Notes under the pieces: generated by a model
What the model saw: the letters and a program-made list of their open reading frames with translations, nothing else
Told to the model about the DNA's origin: nothing
The model's database searches: none
Part shown: piece after piece, positions 1-11,215 of the stretch
Position numbering within the stretch: position 1 is the stretch's first letter
Layout: each line of letters starts with the position of its first letter
Source: Schizosaccharomyces osmophilus
Taxonomy: Eukaryota
Length of the DNA: 64,000 nucleotides
Assembly (NCBI RefSeq): GCF_027921745.1
Contig: NC_079238.1
Location: 1,674,001 to 1,738,000 of the forward strand
Direction: 5' to 3'
Made by a program: the position numbers and the translations under genes

Positions 1-18
1 ATACTACAAAAAGCAGGT

Positions 19-738
19 TTATTTTTTCATGGATGAAGCACGACGGGCCTTAACGACTTCCTTCTTTTGCTTTTGATCAGCAACACGCTTGGCCAACAAT
101 TGAGCGAATCCAGCAGCATCCTCACGATTCTTCTCAGCTTGTCTACGCTTGAGAGCGAAACGGTGACGCTTGTGTTGAAGGGTTCTGGGGGTAACAAGGC
201 GTTGGATCTTGGGGGCCTTGGTGTAAGGCTTCTTGCCTTCCTTCTTGGGCTGAACCTCACGACGAATAACGAATTGGCGAACATCGTCTTCCTTAGTCAA
301 GTTGAAGAAGCGGCGAATCTTAGAGGCACGCTTAGGTCCGAGACGCTTGGGGACGGTAACGTCGGTCAAGCCGGGAATGTCTTGCTCACCTTGCTTAACA
401 ATGGCGACAGCGAGAACAGCCATGTCTTGGTTGACGATGCAACCACGGACGGACTTACGCTTGCGCTCACCGTCACGACGAGGGCGGTAGCAAGGGTGAC
501 CAGCACGAAGCAAAAGACGAACACGGTGAGGAAGCAAGACACCTTGGAACATAGGGAAACCTTGCTTGTCGTTACCACCGGTGATCTTGAAGACGTAGCC
601 AGCAAATTCGGGTCCTACAGAGTCAGCGGGAACTTCTTGGCCCATTCTCTTGTCCATAAAGACACGGAGACGACGGTCATCGTCAATCTCAATTAGTTTT
701 TGAGTACCGTTCGCCGGGTAGGAAATGTTCAGCTTCAT
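19..738 (-). CDS. rps602: 40S ribosomal protein S6 (eS6)
   Basis: [17 protein letters not shown]... with C-terminal RRASS phospho-site; true ATG at 738 (ORF-track extension to 825 runs through the promoter); strong codon bias; paralog number by synteny. Confidence 0.97.
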   Translation of the reverse strand: MKLNISYPANGTQKLIEIDDDRRLRVFMDKRMGQEVPADSVGPEFAGYVFKITGGNDKQGFPMFQGVLLPHRVRLLLRAGHPCYRPRRDGERKRKSVRGCIVNQDMAVLAVAIVKQGEQDIPGLTDVTVPKRLGPKRASKIRRFFNLTKEDDVRQFVIRREVQPKKEGKKPYTKAPKIQRLVTPRTLQHKRHRFALKRRQAEKNREDAAGFAQLLAKRVADQKQKKEVVKARRASSMKK

Positions 739-799
739 CGTGGCGGTTGGAGAATTCCTGCTGTTGCAACTTTCTGTTGCTTCTACACTTTGATAGAAA

Positions 800-840
800 C
801 AGTCACAACATTTCTTTCTAAACATTTCGGCCCTACCCTA
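800..840 (-). promoter_or_regulatory. Homol D box (CAGTCACA 800-807) and Homol E box (CCCTACCCTA 831-840) of the rps6 promoter
   Basis: Match to the fission-yeast ribosomal-protein promoter motifs TGTGACTG and AGGGTAGGG on the sense strand, 62-102 nt upstream of the ATG. Confidence 0.9.
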
Positions 841-1182
841 AATCCCCAAAATAAGCTATCTGCAAGAGTGCTTTAATACAATCCAACGCGACTCAAGAAG
901 GCTCCCTATATGGAATGCAGATGTACACAAATTCACAGGTGCCTGCTGTATGACAGGAGAGAATCATTTCTCAATCGTTTTTATGCGTTACATCTCTGTA
1001 TGGTAAGTTTTTTGAAATACTAGGAAAGGAATTTCTTTTGGATCATTCGTTTTTCACCTTTTGTAAGACGCGCGAGTTTTTTGACGCGTTCCAACATATC
1101 GACGCAAGTCCCTTCCCACCTGAATCAAGCAACTTTTCTTCCTGAAACGTAGAGGTCTCTTCGTTTTCCTTTAAATCCTATC

Positions 1183-2187
1183 ATGAAGCTTCATTCTGCA
1201 TTATGTTCCGGCGCGGTTGGAACATCAAGGTTTTATCGTTCGGAACTGCCAGCGCTTTATAAAAGGCTTATTCTGGATGCTAGAGCATTGGGACAACAAC
1301 CGGAAAAAGGTCTTTGGTTTCATGTAAAAACTTACTATCCAGTTAGCTATGCGGAGGATATGCTAACTGGAAGTCTTCCGAGACGTTTCTTCAAACTTCA
1401 AGCATTTCCATACTACAACGAAAAAATACGATCAAAAGAGTGGTTTGTTCGTGCTTATATTCAACCAGGATTGCCGATCCCTACTTCTCCTCCTGGCTTT
1501 CCTCCAAACGAAGCACAGGAAGCAGCTAACCAAGACAATCAAACACTCCCCCAAGCCTACTTTGCGAGAGATGAAAATTCGGACCCAACGACTTTTGTGA
1601 AAAGAGTCATTCCCGCTCGTGCTCCTTTGGAAGTTTCCGACGACTTTTCTGGAATAGGTTCTTGGTATCTTGCGGATAGCCAGCAAGTACAGGATTTCGA
1701 AAACCAAAAAGCTCTTTTGACCCAGTTTCGAATGAGGGCATATCCTAAATCCCTTCTATTACAATATGTTCCTAACGAAGCTACAAGCGAAGATCTTTAC
1801 AAATATTTGCGACGACAAGGTCCTATAGATGGAGTTATACAAATGAACAAGGAAGCGTTGCCAGCATCACCAAATTCTTTTCAGAGCAAGGAGTTGCTAC
1901 GCTTGACGCCCACGAACGATTGGCTTATTATTACCCCGAAACCCAATTTATTTTTGCGTCTCCTGCATAGAAATTCTTGGGAATCAATAAAAAGACTCGC
2001 GTCTCTCTCACAAAAATCTCCTGAAGAGCGTCTGAAAGCTCGAGGAATATCTGGGGCGCCGTTTCAAGATCCTTCTGACTCTACAGCTCATAATTCGCTG
2101 TTATTGTTTGCAAGCAATTTCTTCAATACTACAATTGAAAATGCAAAACTATCCTCAAAATTACCACGAAAGAAAAATACTGCTTAA
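1183..2187 (+). CDS. mpa1: Schizosaccharomyces-specific mitochondrial protein, probable Mpa1 (Ppr10-associated)
   Basis: 334-aa ORF with a basic/hydroxylated N-terminus resembling a mitochondrial presequence; name from synteny (SPAPB1E7.11c position) only. Confidence 0.65.
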   Translation: MKLHSALCSGAVGTSRFYRSELPALYKRLILDARALGQQPEKGLWFHVKTYYPVSYAEDMLTGSLPRRFFKLQAFPYYNEKIRSKEWFVRAYIQPGLPIPTSPPGFPPNEAQEAANQDNQTLPQAYFARDENSDPTTFVKRVIPARAPLEVSDDFSGIGSWYLADSQQVQDFENQKALLTQFRMRAYPKSLLLQYVPNEATSEDLYKYLRRQGPIDGVIQMNKEALPASPNSFQSKELLRLTPTNDWLIITPKPNLFLRLLHRNSWESIKRLASLSQKSPEERLKARGISGAPFQDPSDSTAHNSLLLFASNFFNTTIENAKLSSKLPRKKNTA

Positions 2188-2417
2188 TCAAGAGTTATAG
2201 AAATGAATTTAACAAGCTTTCAGCCCATCAAGAGCTTGAAAGTAGATATGAATAATTTACTATCGATTATGATGAGCCTTCACTCCCCTTTTCCCAATTG
2301 ATTCAGCTTACAGCAGAGAAATCCGCATCTTTAAGGCATTTTTTTTTTGGAAATTAGTATTACTTCTTTGAATTACGTGCATCTTGCTTTCAAGGAATCA
2401 TTGGCTCGTTTTGAAAG

Positions 2418-2807
2418 TTATGGGTAGACTGAATTTATTTTCTCGATGAAAGCTTCTATTTGGTCTTCTTGAAGACGTTCCTCAATCCCTTCGATACAAG
2501 CATAAATCTCTGGAATACTTGAAGGCCGATTATTTAAAATAATTAGCTTTTCAGCTTTGGTTAATTCATATTCATCCAGTACTTTTAAACATGCAAGAAA
2601 CTTTCCTTCATCCATATGGGCGCAATTCGTTTGCGAATTCATATACTTTAGGATTTCAAACTGTATAGTTCGCAAATTTTCACATACTAGTCCGCCTGCT
2701 GCTCCCCTTTCTCGAGTCCTTTGGTTTTGCTCTTCTTCCATGTCCTTCAGATGCAGGTAAACCTCGGCGTTTGTCAAATACGCATCTCTTGCGTTTAAGA
2801 TCTTCAT
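2418..2807 (-). CDS. rpc17: RNA polymerase III subunit C17 (Rpc9/CRCP family)
   Basis: MKILNARDAYLTNAEVY, LTKAEKLIILNNRPSS and IEERL motifs of the RPB4/C17 family. Confidence 0.93.
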   Translation of the reverse strand: MKILNARDAYLTNAEVYLHLKDMEEEQNQRTRERGAAGGLVCENLRTIQFEILKYMNSQTNCAHMDEGKFLACLKVLDEYELTKAEKLIILNNRPSSIPEIYACIEGIEERLQEDQIEAFIEKINSVYP

Positions 2808-2989
2808 CTCGAAATGTGTTCTTTTTGTTTTAAACCAATCGTCCTTTGTTTACAAATTGGCATTTGCTTCTGGCAAACGCAAACTTTTCTGAGGAATATG
2901 ATTTCAGCTTTGTCTGTTGTTTCATGCAACGCAACGAGAGTCCTTAAAGAAATTAGCGATTTTTGGCTAGTACGGTAAAACGCCCTTGT

Positions 2990-3020
2990 TGTGACTGTCT
3001 ATGGAATTGTCAGTATATAA
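2990..3020 (+). promoter_or_regulatory. Homol D box (TGTGACTG 2990-2997) plus TATA (TATATAA 3014-3020)
   Basis: Exact motifs; they point toward a structured non-coding stretch, not toward an ORF. Confidence 0.7.
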
Positions 3021-3037
3021 GGAGTGCACCTGCCAAA

Positions 3038-3187
3038 GGCTTTCCACGTTGCGCTGCTGTTTTATTAGTTTTATGCTTTTCCAATGCATTTAGACTTACG
3101 GAGCAGCAGTAGATGGAGAATGAAAGCCCAAAAGGCAGTGGTTTCAAATTTGAATGAAGCTTACTGCAAGAGAAGGTTTTAACATTA
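3038..3187 (+). ncRNA. Probable box H/ACA snoRNA/scaRNA-like RNA
   Basis: Two hairpins with internal pockets; ACA at 3182-3184 lies 14 nt after the upper stem of the 3' hairpin; upstream Homol D+TATA; hinge H box atypical (AGAATGA); ends are estimates. Confidence 0.7.
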
Positions 3188-3631
3188 TTAGTTATATAGA
3201 TGTACATCGTTGTGCATGAAAAAGCACAATCAATAAGAAGTGGTGATTGCTACGAATAATATATGTTCATGAAATTTACGCTTGTATGTTAAAATGATGG
3301 AAAGTAACCGAATTTTGTACTAGCAATTTTTGAAATTGAGCAGATCAAGGATTGAGACACGACTGGCATAAATTTTGACACGTACTGTCGGTAGCAAAGA
3401 GTAAAAGAAAAAATCTAACTTCGTTCAATGCTTTGCTTCATTTAATACGATTCTCAGAGGCATGAATCACTTTATTCCTAAAGAAATTTTAACAATTAAA
3501 GATTGAATTGAACTGAGTTCAGTAATATAATGTAAGTAGTTGCATTAGTAGATCCCTCATTTTTTAAGAGAAGCCATCAAGACTTGCTCAGATGTTTATT
3601 GTATGTGATATATATTTTTATATTCATATAT

Positions 3632-5851
3632 CTAGTCATGGACATTCCAAGACTTGAGCCAGCGTAAATGGTGAAACTTGGAGGAGGGACCATGCATACC
3701 AAAAGTAACATCCTTGAAATAAATAAAGACGGCAGTGATAATGACATAAAGCAATAAATAAACTGTAATACGAGCAGCACGAGGTAGCTTCTGAGCAAAC
3801 CAGTCCACCATAAAGCTAGCGGTAAAAGCTGAGAAGGCATACGAGGGTTCATAATGATGCACATATAAGACTCGTCCCATGATATAGTAAGGTAAATAAT
3901 TCATAAACCAACCCAAAAACGGGTAGACTCCGGCAAAGTGAACCGTATCGAACAGCTTTGAGTTCCATTGTAAAGCGTGACGACGCCAGCCCAAAACAGA
4001 TCCAACAACAAATAAAACAAAACCAAACAAACTGGCTGTAGCAAACCAGTATGCAAATGGGTTTCCTATCAACAAATACTTAATTTGATCATCACCCCAA
4101 CCACACATACGTAAAGTAGCTAATAAGAACGGCCATTGGTAAGCATCGCTGCGAAGAGCGTCGAGTTTATCCTCATCGGGAACAAGACCATTATTGGCAC
4201 GCAACATTGCCCGATTCAGATGAAAAAAATCATTCCAGAATGAATTAGGATAATCCTCCAGACTTCCTTCGGGGAGACGTGGATTTATGTGCTCCTCAAC
4301 ATTCCAATGGGTATTGACATTATTGGCATCCGTATCAGGATCGCAATACATCTCAATTTGACCAAAACCCCAAGCGGGAAGCGAAGAGGTAGAAGAACTC
4401 AAATAGCAATCCATAACGGGGTTGTATAATTGGAATACAGTGGACAAGGAGCGGACGGAAGAAGAATCCTTATGAGTAGAATCCGAGATAATTTTCACAG
4501 TCCAATAATCTTTCTCATCACCAATGTCGCCTAATCCATAACCCGAAACTTCGTACATGCGTTGATTGAGGGGTGCAGGGATGTCATGAGTATGCAAGTT
4601 GCGGTTGGTAAAAGGATGAACAAGGCGAACAAGGCTACCTTCCTTGATGGGAATTTTAGGATCATTTTCTTCAAAATCGTAATGAACGCCGTATTCAGGA
4701 AGGAACATCCATTCATTATTTCCATCTTTGTGATGATAACCTGTGACTTGCTGTTGCTTGCTTCCACCCGGGAAGGTCTGAATATGGGAGTGTAGTAAAG
4801 CACCAGCTGAATTTCTGCTTTTTAAGGTAAATTTACTTCCATACATTACGTCGACGGGATTTTTAGTGAGTGGAGAGCCTTCAAGGCGAGCTTGGAAAAG
4901 AGAGGGCATCTGGGCATCACCAGGACCAGACTTGCTCAAAACAGCAAATTGAATCCAAAATGTCAATGCATATATAAAGAAGGGAGTAATGATAAGGAAA
5001 ATAATTCTAGTCAGCCAATGTCCAGCATAAGCAGTCCAGGAGACCTTTTTGTTGTTTAAGAGTCGGAAAAGCTCGTCTACGGTGTACAAGCCAACGACGA
5101 CGGTGATAAAGAGACCGACCAATTTTACACTGCATACGCAGCCAATGCAAATGCCTGTCAAGGTGAGCCATTTAAACCAGTAAAACGAAAAAGGCTGCTT
5201 GCGGTAGACGTGAAATCGAGAAAGGGAAAAGAAGGTACTAAGGATGAAAAATAAGAGCATGCTATCCAAAAGAATGAAGCGGCTGATAGTTGCCAAATGA
5301 TTGTCTAAAGCAATCATAAGGCCGACCAAGGTAGCGGCCCAAAAAGAGTAACCAAAATTGATAGCAGAATAATAAGCCAAAGGAATGCAAAAGGTACCAA
5401 AAACGGCATTCCAAAGTCGCATAAATTTAAAGTTCATGCCTTCGGGGTAAGTAGCACCTGAATCGAAGCCAAACTGGCCATCGTAACCAACCAACTTTCC
5501 GGCGACAGCATTCAGCATTTTTCCCAAAGGAGGATGAACGTCAAAATAAAATTCATGTTTGAGATAATAGGATGCAAACTTTCCAAAATGCGCTTCATCC
5601 CAAATCACCATGGGGCTATCGGCGATGTGCCAAGTACGAACAAAACCAGCGATGATTGTCAAAACAAGGGGGACCAAAACATATCCAAAAAGTTTGCTGC
5701 ATGAAGATTCTGTTTTCGTTGAAAATGAAGCGCTGTCTTGTTTTTTGAAGTCTTCTGTTTCATTTGCGACGGCGGAACTCTCTGGGGAATTGCTTTTGCC
5801 AGGAAAACGTTGACGCAACTTGCCAGAATTCTCTTTTTGCCCAGCCGACAT
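3632..5851 (-). CDS. ogm2: Dolichyl-phosphate-mannose protein O-mannosyltransferase, PMT2 subfamily
   Basis: [24 protein letters not shown] and MIR-domain (LHSH, LHTH) motifs; multiple TM segments. Confidence 0.95.
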   Translation of the reverse strand: MSAGQKENSGKLRQRFPGKSNSPESSAVANETEDFKKQDSASFSTKTESSCSKLFGYVLVPLVLTIIAGFVRTWHIADSPMVIWDEAHFGKFASYYLKHEFYFDVHPPLGKMLNAVAGKLVGYDGQFGFDSGATYPEGMNFKFMRLWNAVFGTFCIPLAYYSAINFGYSFWAATLVGLMIALDNHLATISRFILLDSMLLFFILSTFFSLSRFHVYRKQPFSFYWFKWLTLTGICIGCVCSVKLVGLFITVVVGLYTVDELFRLLNNKKVSWTAYAGHWLTRIIFLIITPFFIYALTFWIQFAVLSKSGPGDAQMPSLFQARLEGSPLTKNPVDVMYGSKFTLKSRNSAGALLHSHIQTFPGGSKQQQVTGYHHKDGNNEWMFLPEYGVHYDFEENDPKIPIKEGSLVRLVHPFTNRNLHTHDIPAPLNQRMYEVSGYGLGDIGDEKDYWTVKIISDSTHKDSSSVRSLSTVFQLYNPVMDCYLSSSTSSLPAWGFGQIEMYCDPDTDANNVNTHWNVEEHINPRLPEGSLEDYPNSFWNDFFHLNRAMLRANNGLVPDEDKLDALRSDAYQWPFLLATLRMCGWGDDQIKYLLIGNPFAYWFATASLFGFVLFVVGSVLGWRRHALQWNSKLFDTVHFAGVYPFLGWFMNYLPYYIMGRVLYVHHYEPSYAFSAFTASFMVDWFAQKLPRAARITVYLLLYVIITAVFIYFKDVTFGMHGPSSKFHHLRWLKSWNVHD

Positions 5852-6297
5852 ACTTTCAAAAAATCTAGTTCCTTGAAATTATGTTTGTTGTCTATGATTA
5901 TGCAAAGTAAACTGAAATAGCCTACGCAAATGTCCTCTGTTCACGATTCCTATGTGGGCTCAGTTGTTTTCTCAGCGAACCGTCTAGGTAAAGCCAACCA
6001 GTTTCAAAACGAAGCGATAAATATATAAAATGCGACAAATTCCTTTTGATCGTTTCCTTCACGTTGGCAAAGGGCATCTGTCCAGCTGGGTTTACGAGGT
6101 CCAAGAAGCGGAAAGTGACAAAGCCTCATCCTTGTCACTTTCCAAAAAGCTCAGGTTGTGCGATGAAGAGGAGAGCCAAGAAAGCATGAATTGCAGGAAT
6201 CAACACACGCGCAATGAAATTTCTAAAAAATAAAAAAAGGGAGAATATTCTTTTTTCAAAAACAATAAGAAAATTGAAAAAAATAAAAAAAGTGTTT

Positions 6298-6369
6298 TGC
6301 CCACACCAGGAATCGAACCTGGGTCGCATCCGCCACAAGGATGAGTCTTGACCACTGGACCATGTAAGC
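6298..6369 (-). tRNA. tRNA-His(GUG)
   Basis: GCTTACATGGTCCAGTGGTCAAGACTCATCCTTGTGGCGGATGCGACCCAGGTTCGATTCCTGGTGTGGGCA folds as a cloverleaf; anticodon GTG; A/B boxes; TATA about 30 nt upstream; T-run terminator downstream. Confidence 0.95.
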
Positions 6370-7643
6370 TGTTCTTGATAGATGAAAAAGTCTGCACAAT
6401 ATATAGAGCAAATAAAGAAATTGAAAGGGACTTTGCGATGAATGTCAAGTCAAAATAAAAGAGAATCGTAGTATATTAGGATAAACAATACCCCCATGAT
6501 GTTTTCAATATATATGTATAAACTATTTAACTTGTGTTTCCTTGGTGTCTCTGTTTTCATTCATCATAACAAACAAGTTAATTCTTTAGTTTTTTCAACA
6601 TTATACTCTTTTCCACTTAAACTGATATTAATCATAGGTTAGTGTACTCTGATTTAACTGTAATGTCTCAGCGAAGCGAGTTGGTCACCATAATTTATTC
6701 TAGGTTTGTTTTATAAGTAAATCAACACATCTCTCTTCCTACATAATAAGCTTGCCTTGATCATAGTAAATAATTTCTATTTTAGTTATTCTAAAAGGTG
6801 AGTAGAAAAAAAATAAGAAATAAAGAGATTTTGAACAATGGCAGCCTTGTGGTATACTTGTAGCTAGTATGCTATATATTATTCAGTATTTTTATTAAAT
6901 TTAGAAATACAATGATAGGTATGAAATCATTAGAATTTCGGATTTGGTCAAGGTCTTTTTCGAAAGCCAAACAAGATACCATTCCATTCTTTTAAAATAT
7001 TCTGTCAATTCAATTAGTCGGGAAAACTCGGTCAGGTCTTGCACTTATCTTCAATGGTCAGACTCAGACTTTTACAGATTCATGTTCAACTACTTGATGA
7101 ATTCCAATGGATGTTTTCCTCTGCTTTCGTGGATTTTCATTCCAATGGTTTGTTTTCTAAAGAAATCGATTGGTATCCCTTTTTTCTGTTGCCTTTTTTT
7201 TTTTGTTTTTTGTTTTTTTTATACAAACAAAAAAGATACAAATTAGCAAAAAAAATTCCTCTTAGTCATGGCTTCATCATCCTCGCTCCATCCCAGTACC
7301 CTATTTCTACCATTTTGTGAATCTTTGCGAATTTTTACGAAGCTTCTACTTTACGAACAAAAAAAACAAATCTTTGCCAATACGCACGCAATTACAATGC
7401 ATTCGTCAGTTAGCAAACAAAAATTCAAAGGAATGAGTCTTAAGGCACTCTGATTTATCAGCAATAGCCTCCTATACAGGCCAATAAAGCTTTTTCTTGC
7501 TGGCGTGGAATGGAACAAAAATTCGCAACCTTTTCAACAATAACAAAGAAAAATATCTGCTATAAATATGCTTTGGTAGGAACATGAATTGTTTCATCTG
7601 AAACGTTCATCCATTTTGTTTTTCTTTTTTCATTCGGCCAAGA

Positions 7644-8315
7644 ATGATTGCTCAATACAAGACGGCTAGAATCCATGAAGACCATGACCTTTTTCATCCT
7701 ATTTTACGTCCCTCCGAAATCAAGACCAAGAAAACATCCACTTCCCAACGGATTCAATCTTCTCCCTACGTTGATAAAGAACATTGGCTCAATTTAGAGT
7801 CCTTGTCTTTTGGCCATCGTCTCTTATCCTTGGCCCTTCAAAGCTTTGTTCCAAAAGATCCAATCTATTATGCTCATCTTCCTTACGAGGAAGCCTTTGA
7901 TATCGAGGAAATCGTCCAATTAGTACGGGACTATGCACATCAATGTCTCTTGCCTGTTCCGAGTTTTTCTGCCTATATTGTGGCATTTCGCTCTGTCTTG
8001 CATTCAAACGTTCAAAGTTCCCAAGAAATGCGCCACAAGCTAGCGGAAATCGATAAGGGATCACATTCGGAGGCAAATGCTTCTGGTGGTCTACTGAAAT
8101 ACTGGTATGGCGTGCCTGACGATACGTACGGCCAAAATTTGGCTACGTGCTGGTGGGATTCTAAAAAGAGTGCGAAGCTTGGAGGAGCAGGAAATATTCA
8201 TCGCGAAGGGTTGAAAACTGTCCGAGGATGGTACAAAAACTGGAAACTCGAGGAATACAAACTCGAAATCGTTGAAGGTGGAAACGACTATGTTTTCCAA
8301 CGTCTTTCTTTGTAA
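7644..8315 (+). CDS. Conserved fungal protein, UPF0643-like (SPBPB2B2.08 family)
   Basis: YIVAFRS, SHSEANASGGLLKYWYG and NLATCWW motifs recalled for this family; TATA (TATAAATA) at 7561. Confidence 0.75.
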   Translation: MIAQYKTARIHEDHDLFHPILRPSEIKTKKTSTSQRIQSSPYVDKEHWLNLESLSFGHRLLSLALQSFVPKDPIYYAHLPYEEAFDIEEIVQLVRDYAHQCLLPVPSFSAYIVAFRSVLHSNVQSSQEMRHKLAEIDKGSHSEANASGGLLKYWYGVPDDTYGQNLATCWWDSKKSAKLGGAGNIHREGLKTVRGWYKNWKLEEYKLEIVEGGNDYVFQRLSL

Positions 8316-9236
8316 AAACCATGTCTTTTGGGAGAGGGGTCCATTCACTCGTTTGTACTGTTTTTGTTGTTTTCGTTTTCGTTTTCGTTCATGTCTATGT
8401 TTGTGTTTATAGGTATTTTGTTCATTGTCTCCTTTCTATTTATTTATTTTTCCAAACATACAGGTCGTAGGATAAAAATCAGGTAGACAAAATCAAATCA
8501 AGACGAATTGAAAAAACCAATGGAGTACAAATGCACTAGGTCAGACGATTCATAATCAACAATTTATAACCAACAACCATCATTTCGTAACAATTTTAGA
8601 GCCTCCATCTTCAAAGAATCTTAATCCCCATTAGCATGGTCTAACACATTTTGCCAGGGCATTCATACATGTTTCAGACGTGATTCCATTCAATATGCTG
8701 CATGACAGCAATCCCAATTCCTATGGAATTCTATTACTTGGATTCCAAAAAGCTTGGTGGATGTGTCTCACTGTACTCTACATAGACGATGAACAAGCGA
8801 CCAAATACGTACTTGAGCGCCAGCCAGAAATACGACATTTATTTCATTTTCTGAACTATAAACCTGTCTACACTAAAAAGTTTACTGTGTAAAGAAAACA
8901 GAAACCTCGTTTCACTATTTAACGTTGCAGGATAAACCTCTAAGAATGTGATGAAAGTTTATCATCATCTGCTACTCTTAAGGTCCAAGAGAAACTTTCG
9001 CAATTTCCAACACATATGTTTTCATTGATTGCCTTAATTCTTTTATAAATCTATGAGCCGAATCGTGAATCGCTGCTTGTTTTCCGCACCTCTTTCAGAA
9101 ATTCGTTGACTACTCAAGCACTATTGATGGCTTAACAATTCATTTCCTAGACAGAATTCTTTGATTTCATACTTTCTTTTGGACTCTATTCTTATTCCAA
9201 TCTTTTCTTTCTTGTTCTCCCCTTTCGCTGTTCAAA

Positions 9237-10877
9237 ATGACTTCTCTCAATGAATTCAGCAAAGACAAGGCGTCGATCAAAGACGCTGAAATAGGGGTAG
9301 AGACAGAGACAGAGACAGAGACAGTTGCTCTTCAAACTACTACGAGTGCTCCTTCAAACGATGGTTTATTCGATACCAAAGACTTTGATCAAGTTTACTT
9401 AGCCAAGTCTCGTATCTTGAGTCAAGCCATTGACGAAATTGGGTTTGGTAAATACCAATGGGCATTGCTTTTCATCGCTGGATTCGGTTGGATGTCTGAT
9501 AATACTTGGCCAGTCGTTACATCTTTAATTCTGTCTCGGCTCAACGAGGTAGACGGCGTTCATCCTCCTACCCAAAAGGATGCTCCCTTCTTAACATTGG
9601 CGCAGAATTTAGGGCTCTTAGCTGGAGCTGCTTTTTGGTCCATATCCTCTGATATGTTTGGTAGATTATGGGCCTTCAACTACACCTTCCTCATCACTGG
9701 TGTCTTCTCCCTTGTTGCCGGGGCATCTCCCAATTTTGCTGCTATTGGGATATTTAACGCGCTCTGGAGTTTTGGTGTCGGCGGTAACCTACCTGTCGAC
9801 TCGGCAATTTTCATTGAGTCAATTCCAAGCTCTTGCCAATGGCTTTTGACCGTCATGAGTGCTTGGTGGGCGCTAGGACAAGTTTTGGTAAATCTTATTG
9901 CCTGGGGCTTGCTTGCAAATTTTTCCTGCTCAGATTCCAAGGAACCGTGCCTTAAAGACAATAATAAAGGATGGAGATACCTGTTGTTTACCATGGGTGG
10001 CTTGACTTTATTCATGTTCCTTATTCGGTTTTTATTTCCGCTGGTGGAATCTCCCGGTTATCTCCTAGCCAAGGGTAGAGAACAAGAAGCTGTTCAAGCA
10101 GTACATAAAATTGCGAAATACAATAAAAAGGAGTCTTCTCTATCTGTGCAAGATTTCCACAAAATCCAAACCTCTCTTTCTAACGATTCGGAATTTCAAA
10201 CCGAAAGCGATCTAGTGCATACCACGAAAAATTCCCCGACGCAAGAATTATTAAAGAAAGTAAATTTTCAAACTATTCGTGAATGCTTCCGATCGAAAAG
10301 ACTAATACTATCTTCTACATTGGTGATATCTTCTTGGGCTCTCATAGGTCTAGCATTTCCTTTGTACAATGCTTTTCTACCTTACTATCTTGAATCAAGA
10401 GGAAATGCTAACAAGCCTTTAAGTGTCTACGAAACATATAGAAACTCTCTCATCGTTTCTACTTTAGGCATTCCTGGTTCCCTACTAGCTGGTCTGCTAG
10501 TTGAACTTCGGATTGGTCGTAAAGGCACTCTTACTCTTTCTCTTCTGCTTACGGGTGTTTTTCTGTTTGCTTCCACAACGGCGAAAACGAGTAATGCGTA
10601 TCTCGGGTGGAACTGTGCTTTCACTTTTGTTTCAGACATTATGTATGGCGTTTTATACGCTTATACGCCAGAAGTTTTTCCTTCCAAAGTTCGCGGCACC
10701 GCAATTGGATTAGCTTCCTCTGCGAATCGAGTCCTCGGGGTATTCGCTCCCGTCATTGCTATGTATGCGAATCTTACAACTTCTGCTCCGATATTTGTAA
10801 GTGGAGCCCTGTTTCTTTTTGCCGGTCTCTTGACTATTTTTTTCCCGTATGAACCAAGAGGAAAATCAAGCTTCTAA
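9237..10877 (+). CDS. Major facilitator superfamily transporter (SV2-related/sugar-transporter-like)
   Basis: About 12 hydrophobic segments; SDMFGR, GVGGNLPVDS and YTPEVFPSKVRGTA motifs; syntenic with SPAPB1E7.08c. Confidence 0.92.
   Translation: MTSLNEFSKDKASIKDAEIGVETETETETVALQTTTSAPSNDGLFDTKDFDQVYLAKSRILSQAIDEIGFGKYQWALLFIAGFGWMSDNTWPVVTSLILSRLNEVDGVHPPTQKDAPFLTLAQNLGLLAGAAFWSISSDMFGRLWAFNYTFLITGVFSLVAGASPNFAAIGIFNALWSFGVGGNLPVDSAIFIESIPSSCQWLLTVMSAWWALGQVLVNLIAWGLLANFSCSDSKEPCLKDNNKGWRYLLFTMGGLTLFMFLIRFLFPLVESPGYLLAKGREQEAVQAVHKIAKYNKKESSLSVQDFHKIQTSLSNDSEFQTESDLVHTTKNSPTQELLKKVNFQTIRECFRSKRLILSSTLVISSWALIGLAFPLYNAFLPYYLESRGNANKPLSVYETYRNSLIVSTLGIPGSLLAGLLVELRIGRKGTLTLSLLLTGVFLFASTTAKTSNAYLGWNCAFTFVSDIMYGVLYAYTPEVFPSKVRGTAIGLASSANRVLGVFAPVIAMYANLTTSAPIFVSGALFLFAGLLTIFFPYEPRGKSSF
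9300..9323 (+). repeat. (GAGACA)4 coding microsatellite encoding ETETETET
   Basis: Four perfect copies seen directly. Confidence 0.9.
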
Positions 10878-11215
10878 AGCCTTTCATGCCACAGTTTACG
10901 TACAGCCATCCTACTATCTATATGCAATTATATTAATCGTTTAATGAACAGGATATAGTAGATTAATTAAATTAATGCTATTACTATTTTGAAAAAAAAT
11001 TAATGATATCGATTATATATCCAAGACAAAAACTGTTTATCATTTAATGCAAAAAAACTAATTACCTTGAAATCTCGCAGTGATTAATTCATCTTATGTC
11101 CATAGATCCAATTGTAAATGTCCAACACATTCACATATAATTTTAATGTAAAAATTTATGTAGTCTCTTGCAAATCCCGACCAGCGGCTTGCACATTGAA
11201 GCATTTGGCCAACAT

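Noticed and set aside
67..696. 209-aa antisense ORF over rps6
   Set aside because: Typical by-product of strong codon bias in highly expressed genes; no independent signals
739..825. 29-aa N-terminal extension of Rps6
   Set aside because: It runs through the Homol D promoter element; eS6 starts at MKLNIS
915..1000. Imperfect hairpin (AGATGTA/TACATCT) in the rps6-mpa1 spacer
   Set aside because: Short stem with no box motifs; compatible with chance
6944..7453. Overlapping Phe-rich ORFs of 61-100 aa
   Set aside because: Mostly TTG starts, driven by T-tracts, no recognisable family
8680..8892. 70-aa ORF between the UPF0643-like and MFS genes
   Set aside because: GTG start, no recognisable homology or splice support
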